From: Auanema rhodensis
Taxonomy: Eukaryota; Animalia; Nematoda
NCBI GenBank assembly: GCA_964057225.1
Contig: OZ059899.1
Span: 14,198,001 to 14,262,000 of the forward strand
Reading direction: 5' to 3'
Length of the DNA stretch: 64,000 nucleotides
Of this stretch, positions 38,411-52,842 are shown piece by piece (position 1 is the stretch's first letter; each line of letters opens with the position of its first letter). Below the pieces are notes generated by a model. The model made no database searches. It had not been told where the DNA came from and saw only the letters and a program-made list of their open reading frames with translations. The position numbers were made by a program, and so were the translations under genes.

Positions 38411-41400
38411 AGATGTGTGTGTATACACATTAGGTACTATCTGACTGAGTAATGGACTGCCAGAACAAAATTTTGAGTAATTTGCAAAGGATTAATCAGA
38501 TGTATTTCTGTCTCAATTTCGGTATATCTCTTTCTTCTTGATCTTTTCTCTTGCACATATGCTTTCTCTCTCTCTCTCTTTCTCTATCTCTCTTTTTCTT
38601 GTTCCTCTTTTCTTTCCTTTCTCTTGTCTTACTATTCGTTGCTCAGTATCTGAGATCCTGATCCTGCTGTCATCGTGTACGGCTTGGTCTTCGTCGTCAT
38701 CTCCTTGAGCATCGTATTCCTATTATGTTTCTTTCCCTTCAATGCGTGTTCATCATCATTTTTTTTCTTCTTGTCGTTGTCGGGGAGCCTCCTATCGTTG
38801 TGTTTCTGAAGCTCCGGTTTACGGCTGTAAATCACCTAAGCTTTGCACATGTTTCGGTCGTTCAATTCTTTTTTTTTGATTTTGCTCTTCCAAATATGTA
38901 CAATGACTCGGAGAAAATGTGAGAGCAATCCAAAAATATTTCGGATTTCGAACCTTCATTCATTTCTCTTTTTGAATTTTCTTTCACACTCATTCTGGCC
39001 TTCTCTCTCTCTCTCTCTCTTTCTCTCTGTCCCTCTATCTATCTCTCTCTCTCTCTGCATGCCATTCAGTCTTCCGTTCTCTTTCTTTCTCTCCCTTCAT
39101 GGTTGAAAAGACGAGACGACGATGAGCGTCAGATATCCAGATGATGCTTCTACTACAAGCTTTCGTTCGCTTCTATTTCCAAATATATCCTCAGGCTATC
39201 TCCACTTTATTTAATAGAAACAAGGTCTTTTGTTGTCAATCGTCATGAACGATGACGATGGCATAGTGCTGCATGCCACTGATGTTTTCAAAATCACATA
39301 CAAGCTTAAGCTTGCGTGTCTTCTCGCATTTGCTCTTTTACGTATTGTTTCGGTATCATCTCATGTATATACTATGTATGTGTGTAAATACCCCCCCCCC
39401 ACCCCCTTTTTCTCCCTATAAGCCTATATAGCCCTATTTGATAAGATCATATTGCCCGTAATTGTTATTTGTGATTCTCCGTCGTCTGCTTTGCCATCCA
39501 GCAATCCATCTTCTGTTCATCAATATCGCACACAGGCCATATTAACCTCGGAAACTTCATTATTGCGTATGCCCATTGTTTATTTGTTTATTTATTTTTC
39601 TTCTCAATGAAAAACAAAAATATTTTACAATTCAAATACTTTCTCTTCTCAATAATCTGAACTTGCTAAATATCTTTGTGTACACTCAGCTAATTCGTAT
39701 GCAAAAAAAAAAAATATTTCGAAATCTGATCGCATCTGCTGCTTTTCTCTACCAATTGCTTCATCATCCTCATAATTCTCATAATTTTCTTCATCTTCTT
39801 TATAATTTTTTTTTATTTCCGTTATTAAATTATAATTTTTGATACATTTTCAATATAATTCATTATAATTTTCATTTGAAATGTTTTAAAAATTAGTTTT
39901 TTTCTTGTCCGACAAGAAAAAAAATAAATATTGAATAACAATCATTGACAGGAACATTGGAATCAGATTTCGCTTCTTGTCGCCTATACTATACTGCCAA
40001 CATTTTTTTTTGTTTCTCTTGACCTCTTCTTCCTCGTCTCATCATGTTTTTTACTCTTCTTCTATACTACTTGTAACCAATAAAATATGCTTTAATGAGC
40101 CGATCGAAATGTTGCAAAACTTGTCAGCCTTAACTAGCTTAACTAGATGCATGCTCGAATGCATGCAATTCTCGGACTCTGGTTGTACATTACCGAGAGC
40201 CACGAACGACGTTCGTGTTTGCTGCAGCTTGTAGCATTGATGTGTTCATATACTGATGTTGCGTGCTTTTCCTATCTTTTTCAATTTTGAAGCCTTTTTT
40301 TGTGTTTCCATGAAGTAGCTTGTTGTTCTTATTACTCGAGAAGGTAGTATGAGCAGCTCATCATTCTCTCACAATGAGCTTTGTGTCTTCTGATTATTAT
40401 GGGTTCATCATTGATTTCACTCAAAAAATTGGAATTTTTCGAAGGCTAATTCATTGGATGAGCAAGAGCACAAGCTCAAACATAATGTCCGTCAGCTCAA
40501 CTATTCGCACAGCTGGGCTGTTTTGGTATTTAGCCAGCTCGCGAGCCGGCCATCCAAACATCCCTTCTGCATATACCAATCTAGATAGATTTATCGTAAT
40601 GAGCATTTCAACTTGAACTTGTTAAATTTGGCGCAAAATTTAAATTTCAGCTAATAGTAAGAGTTTCTTCTCTTTTGCACATCCTTCCCTTGTTTTTCAG
40701 AACTACTAGTTAAACGTTGTGTTTCTCTCATGTTTTGAACAAGCTGTAAAGGTTTCAGCTTCACTCTGAAGACATCAACCGACTGAGCACATCTGATAGA
40801 CGAGGTGTCAATGATGGCTGTTGGTTTGGTCGATCATGTAGTATGTGAGTGGAGCAATGAAGATGAAGCATCACACACGGAGTAGAACTATAATAAGATC
40901 TTAGCTAATTATAAGATTATTTCTCTTAGTTGTCTCTCATGTCCTTAACTTAAAATATTTGAGATCTGAGAAGAGAAGGAAGAAAAGTAAAAAGAAAAAG
41001 CTAAATAAGGAATGGAGTAACATGTATGAGAGTATTAGAGTTGCAAGAGCAAACGAGAGAGAAATAGAGAGAGTAAAGGCTTTGAGAAGAGTAAAATAAA
41101 GAAAATTGAAGATTGTAAAAAGGACCGAAAAGATGAAGCAGAAGGGTATAAGAGACGTAAGAATGTTGAAGTGGAAATAGAGATAAGTATAATAAGGTCC
41201 TTTAGTAATATTATGGAAAAGGCGGACGAACATCTTCAGTTTGGAGGCCGGACAGAGGAGCTCTTTCCTTTTTCGTCGTCTTCGTTGACATTTCAATTTC
41301 CGTTTCCCATTTCTTGTCGTCTACTCATCTTACATAACAAGGAGTCATTCCACTAATACCGGCCACATAGCTTCAAAAAGCTTTTCGAAGTGTCCGTTCT

Positions 41401-43804
41401 CTCTCTCTCCCTCTCCCTCGCTTTCTCTCTCTCTCTCTCTTGCTCTCTCTCTCTCAACGTTTTACCTCTATGTCATTCTTTATCTCTCATTACCCTCGCT
41501 CTTTCATTACTCCCCCTCCAAGTCGTCAGTAAGTCAGTCAGCTCGTTTAGCTTGAACAAAATGAAGAAATAAGCAAACTATCCATACTTTGTTCATCTTT
41601 TTTCTTCTGTTTCAAGACCTTTTTAAACTTTATTATTACATTATTTTACTTTTTCGCTGTTATTAGATTATATATTCTCAGTCTGACCATGTATATTTCA
41701 TGTATTTTTCAATGTTGTCGAGCTTTTCCCTGTTCATGTTACTGCTCTAACCGTTCTAGTGGTTACGTAGTCATTACCGTCTTCATCATAGTAACCAGCT
41801 TTTCTCTCTCAAGTGCATGTTATCTCTACAGATAGTGCGATTACTCTTCCTCATTAACCTTTATAACTTATTAACTTAACTATACGTATAGTAATGGATA
41901 ACAATTGTCTTTATACTCTTTCATAAATGCTCCTTTCTTTCAAAAATATCATTTTACCCATACTTCAACAACATTTTATATTTTTCGTCTTCTTCTTTCA
42001 ACTAAAATATAACTTTTTATTATTTATTTTTAATTATAAAACTTTTTTTTCTTAAAATAACGAAAACAATTCATTTAATTTTTAATTGCACAATTGAAAT
42101 ATGAGGTTTCAACGCTTTTTTCTTTTATTTGATAAAATTTTTTATTTATTCTCTTTCAATTTTTTCTCTCTTTATCTCTCTCTCTTTCTCTTTCTCTCTC
42201 TCTCTCTCTCTTTCTCTTTCTCTTGCTCTTTCTCTTTCTCTTTCTCTCCCTTTGTATCCTCGTTCCTCTCTATCTACCTATTGTGTACTACATATTTCCC
42301 TCCTTTAACTGAACCTTGAACTTCCTATCAGTAGTAGAATGTGTGAAAAGCGATTGATATAGCTTGAAGTTAAACATATAAACTTCTGGAGAAGGAGACA
42401 CAAGGTGTATGAGTATGATATGTCGGATCAAATTGCAAGTTTTTGGGAAAAAAAAACGTTTTTTTGTCTCAAACAATTTCATAAACTCGAAGTGTGAGAA
42501 GCTTCTTGTTCTCGTTGTTGTCTCTTGTCTCTTCATACCTCTCTTTCAATTCTCTTTATAACCCTTACTAGCATAGTTGAAAAGATAGAAATTTGTGAAT
42601 AAAAGAGAAAGTGAAAAGAGCTAGATATAACTTTGAAATATGGTCAAAGAATCAGAGAAAACGATGAATAATTAGCTATGCAGCTCTCCTGCTCGTCTTT
42701 TTCTCATTTTTTTACCTTCTACATATAGTTAGAGTGCCTGAAACAAGAGAAGCATTGATGAGCTCGATGAGCTAGTCATGTAGCTCTTCTTTCTCCTTTC
42801 CATATTGGGATCTTCATCAAACACGCACATACACATCCCCCCTCCTCTCTTCCACATACTCTTTCATACACAGATGTGAAGCACCTGATGCTCAACTTTT
42901 AGGTTGCTCATGATAATGATGAACTTGTAGACTTTTTTTTAGGATAATTCTCTCGTCATGATCATTAAAACTTTCTTTACCAACTTTAATTTTCATTTTA
43001 TATGATTTCTTTACAAGCTATGATGCAATTTCTGTGTAACTTATACTACTTTCTCTAATGCATTGCTGCTATTACTTTTTGCTTTATGCTGTGAAATCTA
43101 TTCAATCTTAATATTCTCTTGGAGAGCTTCTTTCTCACTTTCTTTCAATATGAGTACATTTGAAAGCGTATTGAGATAAGTTGTCCTTCTCACATAACAT
43201 AATTCACTCTCTATTCAACTTCATTAACTATATATAACTATATGTATACATTGTATCTTACTAAATATACTATATACATATTACTATTTATAAACTATGC
43301 ATATATGTATGTATAGTTAAATATTTTTTCGTTTTTTTTTTTTCGCAAGCGCTTTTTAAAAAAAAAAAACTTCCGCCATTTCCCTCATTCCTCTCACCCA
43401 CATCATAAACATACATCGTAATTTTAATTTTCTCTCATTCAAACAAAACACAAAAAGGAAAAACGAATCAAAATCAAGATTATATCACGTAATATCCCTG
43501 AGGGTATTTGACCGGCGCAATGCAAGCAGCATCTCATCCTTCTTTGCCTCATATCTCTCTACCTTCTCTTCAGCGCTTATTTTCAACAAAAAAAAATAAG
43601 AAAATGCTATGATTCAGTACTAGCAGAAGACCACAACACCCATCATCTCATAACAGGCGTTTTCTTTCGATTTTCTCTTATTTTTTCTCCTTGTGGTTCA
43701 AATTATTCCATACTAGTATGGGCAGTAGCAACGATAGTAGTACCAGGTAGAGCTACTTGGAGCAGTACTTGATAACATCTACGCTAAGCTTGTAGTAGTA
43801 GAAA

Positions 43805-43846
43805 TAGCAGCAGTAGCAGTAACAGCAGCAGCAGCAGCAGCAGCAG
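43805..43846. repeat. (CAG/TAG)n trinucleotide repeat
   Basis: Imperfect CAG run; the source of the spurious poly-L and poly-C ORFs here. Confidence 0.85.
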
Positions 43847-45516
43847 TAACAGAAACAGAAGTAACATGAGCAGAAACAGCAGAAACAAAGCAATAGCATC
43901 ACCGTCCTTGCTTGGGCATGAAGTTTGTAGCAACTTTTGCCCGAATTTTCTTGCAATTTTCTCTGTAATCTTGACATTGATTTCTTTTATTTCTGAAATT
44001 CGCCAGCGAAAATTCATTAGTTCAAAGATTAGAAGCTTCGGTGTGCATGTGTGTATCTGTGTGTGTGTGTGTGTACATGTGTATGCAAGCTACGAACGTA
44101 GTTACCATGTGAATCATACATACACTTCTTCACAAAGACAGTCTTGCTGTGTTTTACCTTTATTTTTCATTTTTCATATAAATATTCTCGTTAAAAGGAG
44201 TATGAAGAAGAAATATGTTTCCAATTTTAATTTCTCCTCTTGTCTTCCTTTTGGACTAATGTTGTCTGATGAAGCTATGGCTGTTGCTTCTTCTTCTCCT
44301 TCTTCTACTGCTTCTTCTTCTCCTTCTTCTACTGCTTCTTCTGCGTCCTCGTCCTCATTGCTTTACTACTCCTAATCAATCCTAATCGGAAATTCGTTCT
44401 GTTTCGTTGGTGCGTATGCTCGTTGGTTCCTCTCATTACGTGTTCTACACCGGTTCTCGTTAGAAAAATATATTTTTTTCTTATTTTGGCATTCTGCCCA
44501 TAGATTTGAATTGTTCTCTTTCATCTATTTTTCTGATAGTTTTATGTAAATCGTAGAATTTGAACTGATTTTCATTTCGTTCATCTATAGCTGTTCTCGA
44601 CTTCTTGTTGCTCCTATCGAACCATTCGTATTCTATTCATCTCTCTATCTTACTCTGTTTCTATATCTCTGTCTAGCCGATAGAATAACAGTACTTATGC
44701 TGCTATATCATATAGTAAAGCAAAACTAATTAACTATATATGTATCCATGCTATAAGCGTTGACATATAGGATTTTAAGAAATTTTTCTTTTCAATTTTT
44801 GTTTGAACAGAAAGCTTAATCAAGATCAGCAATTGAAGTCTCTTAGAGATCTGAATGATGAGAGAGAGAGAGAGAGAGGGAGACAGAGATGTAGAGAAGG
44901 AAAGAATTAGAGTTAAAGAGAGGAAAACTGAAAGAGAAAGAAGGATAGAGATAAGAGAAAAGGAAGGAAAACGACTATTCTCGTTAGCTGCTCTTGTGAT
45001 TGCAACATTTTCATTTTTTTTTTCAATCTCAGCTCCATAACAAGGCCAATGGCTATTTTTTGCTCTTTTTATAATTAAACTAAACGCATTGACGTGATGG
45101 CCAGAATATTAATTCTGAATATGTTAACTATATCATATAAATTAAATGTCAATTTATAAAGCTGATGAATCCAATGATGCATGTTTGCTGATTTTTGATT
45201 AAGAAAAGTGTTTTAGAGGTAAAAGAGAAGAAGAAATAAAAGCGAATGACATGAAGGAGGTAACTTCTCAGCTGTATAAGACTGCCAGACATTCCACTTT
45301 GTCTTCATTGCTTTTAGCAGTCTTAATTAATCTTTTTGTTTCTATTTTTATTTAATTTTCTAAGACAAAAAGTTCAAAACTTTAATTAATTTTTTCTAAT
45401 TTTAACTGAAAATTGTTTCAATTTGATAATAATATCTCTCTCAGTTTCCAACCGCGCTCCATATCGAGGTAGTAGAGACAAAAAAAAGCAGGCTGCACAA
45501 TGACTAACTGATTCAA

Positions 45517-45566
<50 letters not shown>

Positions 45567-46533
45567 GCTCTCTTTCTCTGTTACTTTATTTATAACTAAT
45601 CTTATTGACCTATGATATATTATCTTTGAAGTCACTTCCATTTTCTATACTTGCAAATAGCAGATTTTCTATTATTTCTCATATTCTCTATCAATTTATG
45701 TATATCATATAGTTAAGAATATTATAATATTTTAAATAATTCTTATCTATACATAACTTTTTTTGTTGCTTTTATTCATTTATCCATGACTCCATTTTCA
45801 ATTGAAAGACACAAAAAGTCGTTGCTTTGCTATTGTATCCAAGCCATATCGACTGCTGCTGCTGCTTCTAGCTCTACAATATGTATGTTGTATCTTTAAG
45901 AACATTTGAATTTCTAACATTTTACTACAACTTATTCAAATAATATCACGTCATATACATCTTGTAACAAGCAGCCAAACTTTTTTAGTTTTTTCTTCAT
46001 TGAAAAAATTAGAAAAATAAACAAATATCATATCATAACCTTAAGATGAATGAACATCAGCTTATTCTGGCAAATCACATACCTTCTTCAGTGTTTATAT
46101 CTCTTCATAGAATTAGTGTTAGAATGATATAATTAACGTGACATACATATAAGAATCTTCTGACGTCGATGTTGATGCAGACGGCGTCGTTGTCGATGGC
46201 GAAAACCATAGAACGATTATCAACTTCGCATACATCTCCTTGTATTCACTGCTGTTCATATACTATTTCCGCGTTCCTTTTCTTTGATATAATCTACCAT
46301 ATATACATTATTCAAGCTCTCTATCTATCGTCTATGGCATCGGCAATAGATGTGACGATGTTGACACTGACCTCATCATCGATGTATTTGCTATTACATG
46401 ATGTTGCTATATCGTTTGAATGGCAGCCCCTTCTTTTTCAGTTAAAACTATATTCCATTATTCATTTATCATATAATTAAATATTTTTTTTCTTACTATA
46501 TTATTAGAATTTGCACATTTTAGTTTACAATGT

Positions 46534-46563
46534 ACACGTGTTTTACGTGAAAATCTCACGTGA
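46534..46563. promoter_or_regulatory. Cluster of ACGT-core motifs (ACACGTG-TTTTACGTGA-TCACGTGA); representative of about 9 similar clusters
   Basis: Three ACGTG cores in 30 bp. Similar clusters at about 998-1034, 5280-5303, 19285-19318, 23352-23377, 35682-35699, 36884-36908, 51712-51783 and 63031-63051. Confidence 0.5.
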
Positions 46564-47113
46564 CACATTTTTATTTTAATTCGTTATAGTTTAATGAACG
46601 GTTGATTCTATGAATATATTTCATATATCTTTATAGATATTTCTTTTAATTTCTAATTTATTCACTAGATGCGCAGTTACGAAATAATCTGTAAAAACAA
46701 TACAAACATGCTCATAAATAGCAGAATAAGTTGCAAAAAATGAAGAAATGAAATAAGTAATATAAACTATACGTATAGTATATTATATGTAGCTTATCAC
46801 AACGTTTTTTATGTTAAAAAAAGTTCTATATTCATTTTGATCCAGCTAAATCTAACGAATCCGGTATTCGAGCTTGGTCCGCCAATATTGTGATCCGCCC
46901 AATTCTGATGTATAGCTAGCTATATTATATTTATATTTCTTTCAGTTTATTGATATTTTTTCATATTTTTTGTGAATATTTGTCTCATTTATACATTTCT
47001 TACTCTTCATCGTCATTCATATTGCTCAAAAGAAAAATATTTTAATTTCCAAAGAAATAGTTGAAGAGAAATAGTATTAGAATACGAGAATGAGCTGAAC
47101 AAATGAAGAGACT

Positions 47114-47165
<52 letters not shown>

Positions 47166-48043
47166 AAGAGAGGTAAAAAGGTAGAAAGTAAATAAAGAGA
47201 ATAAGTGAAAGAGGAAAAGAATAGAAAGACTGAAAAATGGTACAGAAGGTACAACAGAGTGTGAAGAGGAAACAACAAAGACATTTTTAAAGTAAAAATC
47301 AAATTAGTTTTTTGAATCATTTGTTTCTTTACTGAGTATATGTGACTGAAGTTTGCATGTATGTGTATGTCTTTGGGTTTGTGTCCGTGGGGGCTCTCGT
47401 CCGCCACAGGCCTCAGGCTCTGTCAGCTTCCATACTTTGAAGTTCATTCAGCCGTCAAGTATAGGTCGCTTAACTCTCTCTCGCTCTTTGTCTCTTTTTC
47501 TCTCTAACCCGCTCATCATCTTGTATACTCCTCTTTCATTCATTAATTTCTCTTTTTCTCTTTTCTATCCCCCCCTCTCTCTCTCTCTTTCGTCTTAACT
47601 CTCAATCAAGCGCTTTACCTCCATTTTTTTTACTTTTTTGGATTCAAACAAGAAATTGCCATTCAGACAGTCAAGTATGTCTATGTGGCCATCTTCTGAA
47701 ATATGTTATAAGTAAGAAAACTAAACTAAGGAAGTGAAAGAGATGGTAGGTATTAAACTGGCAAATGCTCTTCATTACTTCTTCTTCTTCTGAATGTTAT
47801 GTAACGCTTGTCAAGTTCTACGTTTCTTAGTCCATATCAGACTTACTCTTCGACCTTATACCATCATTATTCAAATGTGGAAAAAGCAGTTTTGTTTTCT
47901 TTGTGGTCAGTTGGACAAAAGATCAAAATTTGCAGAAAACGAAAGACAAGAATGCATGATGAAAGGGCATGCTTATATATGAATAACTAAAATACATGTT
48001 GAGTTAAATACATTTTACCTCCTAACTATGTGATCAGAATAAT

Positions 48044-48079
<36 letters not shown>

Positions 48080-49349
48080 TCATGTGAGTGTGCAAAACAT
48101 AAGGCGTTGAAATACTAATATCTGATGAGAAATCTATTATAATCTTTATTAATTCATTTCTTTTTTTTCTTTTCTCTTTCTCTCTCTTTTTCTCTCTGGC
48201 CCTCTCTCTTCCTGCTTCCTCTCTCTCTCTCTCTCTCTCTCTCACATTCTTTCTACAAACCATCACCAGCATCATCGAAACCACACAACCACACGAGATA
48301 GAATTGAATATTTCGCCCTGAAATTCATCAGCATTTCCCTTCTAATTTTCTTCATTCATTCCCTCTTAAGAAGATTTCTCATTTTACTTTATTCTTATAC
48401 TTCTATACTTCATCATCTTCACTCTTACTTTGTTCATCTTCCATCCAACCCATTTCTTCCTCTCTTTCGCTCCCAATATTCATAATCATACGTATAGTAT
48501 AGATTCCTTATTTAATAAATCTTTAGTTTCTTTTTTCTTTTATCTTCCCGACACTTTCACCTCAAACTCTCTTTCTTTCTTTCAAGGTTTTGCTTAGTTA
48601 GATCATTCGCTTTTCTCCTTTTTGCGATAAGAGCTGTGCTCCTAACTACAATCCCACGTATGACCTCATAAGCCGAAGTAAGAAGAGAAAGAGAAAAATG
48701 ACCACAACTAATGGATCAGAGTGGCCGTCTGAAGGTTTATAATACGTAGCTTCTACGACTCACTTCAGCTTCACTTCAGGTCCACAATATAGACTTGAAC
48801 CATCTCTTTCGCTTACAACTTCTCATTTTAAGCTCAATTTCCTCTTTAAAATGTTTGTTCATTTAACATTATCTTCAGCCCATCCGGCAACTTCTTTACA
48901 TTCACGTACATCCTCAAGTGATGTCTTTTCTTCGTTTTGCTAGTAAACTTCCTACCTCCTCCCTCCCACCTTCCTCCATCAACTCTACCACACCCACACT
49001 TCAATCCCATCTACCATTTTGTCTTATACCTTCTCGTTTGCATCAACATCACTTCAAAACCATTTTCCTATTTCTTTTCTTTTCTCTGTTATGAAGTTAA
49101 TTCAATTTCTCTTTTTCCGTGCTTCCTAGCTGACCCTCGTAAGTGTAGTAACTGAATTCGAAACTTCTCAAACGGCTAAACGACCAAAATATGAACAAAG
49201 AGCCAAACATCATTTTGCCCGTTTTTTTCCTGTTTTTCTCGGTAATTTTCGAATTGTGCGTCAGCTGGATTTCATTTCTAACCTTCATTCTCTTTCTCTT
49301 ATTGTATGCTATTTTCTCTAGCTTTCTCTGTTCTTATAACTACATATGG

Positions 49350-49387
<38 letters not shown>

Positions 49388-51821
49388 CCTCTTTCTCCCT
49401 CTTTCTCCCTCTCTCTCCTAGTCTTAACCTATCAGAGCATCTTTTTCCTCTTATCCTTCTGTCTGAAATTTTGCCAAGTTGAGTACACATCTTCTCAATG
49501 AGAGTGAAGTTACATACGTCATGCAACTCAGTCAGATGGTGGTGTATTTAGCCTATTCGCTATCTTCAACATTTCTCATTTATTCCTTTTCCTCTCAGAA
49601 GCTACCAGCTTTACCTCCACCCAATATCCACCCTGCTATAGTCTCTTCACTACTGTCCGTCCGCTCAATCCACCCTCTCTTCCATCATGCGTCGTTTTTC
49701 CTCGTTCGCTCTCTCTCTCTCTCTCTCTCTTTCTCTCTTTCTCGCTCTATCAGCCATTTTTCTATTTTCCTCTCTATATATGTCTGTCAAACACTTTTTA
49801 TTCTTTTTTTGTCTCATGCTTGTACCTATACACTGGTTTTTAGCATCTTCTAACTTCATTGATTCTACACAATCGAGCGTGAATTTCCTCATTGGGAGTG
49901 CTTCTCTGTCCCGCATTTCCCCTTTTTGCCTCACTTCACCTCTAGCATATTCGAACACACACACACACACGCGCTCAGATATCGGCATATATACATCTAA
50001 ATACATTTCTAATTATTATAATATTATTAATTATATAATTTACTTTCAAGTATACTTTCTTTCTCTCTCTCTCTATCTCTCTCATCTCTTTCTTTCTTTC
50101 TTTCTGATTCTCTCGAGATGCTGATCCCATTACCCTTCCTCTTCTAACCTCCTCCCTACCTCTCAACCATCAACATCCTCTCAGTTCTCAGTCATGCATA
50201 TCAATCAGTGAAATTATGGCAGCAAAGCAGTATTTCCTTTTGACCCTCCCAACTACTACCACCACCTCTATTTCCTTCATTTTCAAGCTAAAATACAAAT
50301 AGTGAATCAAATATATATGTGCATATACATACATATAGTATGTACATCTTTATTGTCTTTGTATTCTGGTTACGTTCCCATGACCATCAGTATCTAATCC
50401 ACTCAGCTTCATGCCTCATCATCCTCCATTTTCGTTGTGAAACCCAAATTTTGATGATCATTAATCATGTAGCAATCGTGCGAATAATCGTTCTAGCTTC
50501 AGTAAATAATATCAGTTTTTATACCTTTATGCCATACATATTCAGTCTTTATTCTTTTCCAGCCACATCTATTTGACTATCACCACCAATATCGTTTTGA
50601 GCCTTCTCTAGCTGTTCTCTATCTCTTTCCGACTACGTACGTTCGTCGTCAGCTTCAGTCCTACTGACGCTTTGCTCTTCATTTAACAGCATCATTGTTC
50701 ATCAATTTCATTTTTTCTTTACACATCTTAATCAACTTTAATTTTTGAAGAATTTAAATACAAAAATTGATTTTTGCCCTTCATTTCATTGAACTCTCTA
50801 TTCCTCTTCTTCTCTTTTTCTCTCTTTTACCTCTATGTCCTATATCATCTTAGGATTACAACATCAGCAAGCAACCTTTTCCTTTTTTTATTTTCTTCTT
50901 CTTCTTCTTCTTTTTTACCCAAAAAAAGAAATGAGCAATTCGTGTGATAGCATCAGCTGCTGTAATCAGACAAGCTTTGTGATGAAAGCTATTGAAGACG
51001 ATGAACTAAGATATTCATCTATCATATTCTTTCACATATTATCCATATTTTTCTATGATTTTCATTTAATTATATGTTAACTATATGTATATAATATAAA
51101 TATATATTTATACATATATCATATATCATATATTTAACTATTTATATCTTAAACAACTTAAACTAATAACTTCCCCAAAAGCTTACCCCCCAGCCTTCCA
51201 CTTAAAGACTCATCATATGAGACACGCGATCATCCTTATTCTTAAAATTCATATAACCCAATGAGCTTAATGTGAAATGAGTTTTTTTCAAGTTTAAACT
51301 ATATATTTCATATAATTTAACTATATTAATTATTCTTTTTTCCCTTTTTTTTTACTAAATGATTGAAAACCGAAAAAAAATAAAGAAAGAAAGAATGAGA
51401 GAAGATAACGGAAGATGAAGCTAACAATAGAATCAGTTCGTTTGTTAACAATTTGCCAAATCATCTTGTTTCTCTTTCATCTATGAAGTATCAGATTTAT
51501 CTCTGCTTTTAAACAACTTTTAATTTTATAATAAATATTATTATTATTATTATTATAAGTTTAATAATATTATTATTTTTTAAAATAATAATATTTTATT
51601 TTTTGAAATATACAATGACGCTATCGTTTGTATTTTTTTTTTTGGCTGGAAAAGAAATTTCCTTTTATACAACCGTTCTACTCATTCTATTGTCATTGAA
51701 TAATATTTAAATTTTACGTGAAATATTTACGTGTTCACTCTCTAAACTCACGTACGTGATATGTATATGTATTGATGACGTGAATAAAGTTGAAATAGAG
51801 GGACTGAGAAGCTTTATCTTT

Positions 51822-51868
<47 letters not shown>

Positions 51869-52094
51869 AATGATGGATATATGATATAGAAAAGTCTTCA
51901 TCATTATACTTATATGAATATGATATGTTGAAAGAAATGTTGAAAACTTGAACAATGAAAAGCCATAAGTTTTATTAAACTTTCAAGTATATAAATATAA
52001 ATAATATTATGCTAATTAATATTATTTCATGTCAAAAAGATATTAATGTAATAATTTTCTTTATGGAAATGATTATTGAGACTTTTAACACTCT

Positions 52095-52154
<60 letters not shown>

Positions 52155-52683
52155 TTCTTTTTATTTCTTAACTCTATGCATTCTGTTAATGATTTTTCAC
52201 TTTCATAAAAAGGTTATTGATATTCGAAAATCTTTTTTTTGAAGTTCAGTTCCTTTCATCTTTCAAATGTTATATTTTCCCAATAGGCTCATTGAGTTAT
52301 ATAACTATATATAATATAAAAATATATATTTTATTTAAATAACAAATAAATTGTGTATATTATGCATAGTTGATAATAGACTGAATTGCTTTTTTTTTTT
52401 TCAAATTTTAAATTAATCAAAAAATAATTAGCTCTGATATATAAACTTGGCCAAACTCCTGATTAATACCTTTTCATTCATTTTCTTAATTCTATAATAA
52501 GTTTTCTATTTTTTTATGATGCCAACCTGGTCTACAACCAGTGCCCAACGGTCCGATACCGAGCAAATTATGAACAAGTTACGTATCTCATATACGTTTT
52601 CCTATTATGTTATCGCGTTATGACCTTTGTATTCTTCTTTTTTGTACCGGAAATGATGCTTTCTCTATCTATCAGATGTATGT

Positions 52684-52842
52684 ATGAAGACGGCTGTATT
52701 TGGACGGGATACAGAGGGGGGCTCATCGCCATCTGGAGCTCCTCCTTCCCTTACCTTCACTCCTCCAGCATCGCTGGCTCCAACGACGAGGCCTAGGCCT
52801 CAGGGACGTCCACACTCACGACGAGCTAGTCGAATGCAGAAT
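52684..52842 (+). CDS. unc-103: ERG/KCNH-like voltage-gated K+ channel UNC-103, isoform-A first coding exon (partial gene; the rest presumably lies beyond the window)
   Basis: MKTAVFGRDTEGGSSPSGAPPSLTFTPPASLAPTTRPRPQGRPHSRRASRMQN, then a GTGAGT donor in phase 0. It matches the recalled C. elegans UNC-103A N-terminus (MKTAVFGRD...GAPPSLTFTPPA...HSSRRTSRLHN) and is a GC-rich island in AT-rich DNA. Confidence 0.85.

Larger units (their letters stand above)
10300..52500. promoter_or_regulatory. About 42 kb gene-poor region upstream of the unc-103 isoform-A exon; probable extended cis-regulatory / 5' region
   Basis: I found no convincing multi-exon CDS. AT-rich patches, (CT)n tracts and short GC-richer islands alternate, with scattered consensus splice sites. 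The regulatory role is inferred from its position 5' of a multi-promoter channel gene. Confidence 0.5.

Noticed and set aside
43495-43502. TCCCTGAG, the lin-4/miR-125 5' end
   Set aside because: Only 8 nt match and there is no hairpin.
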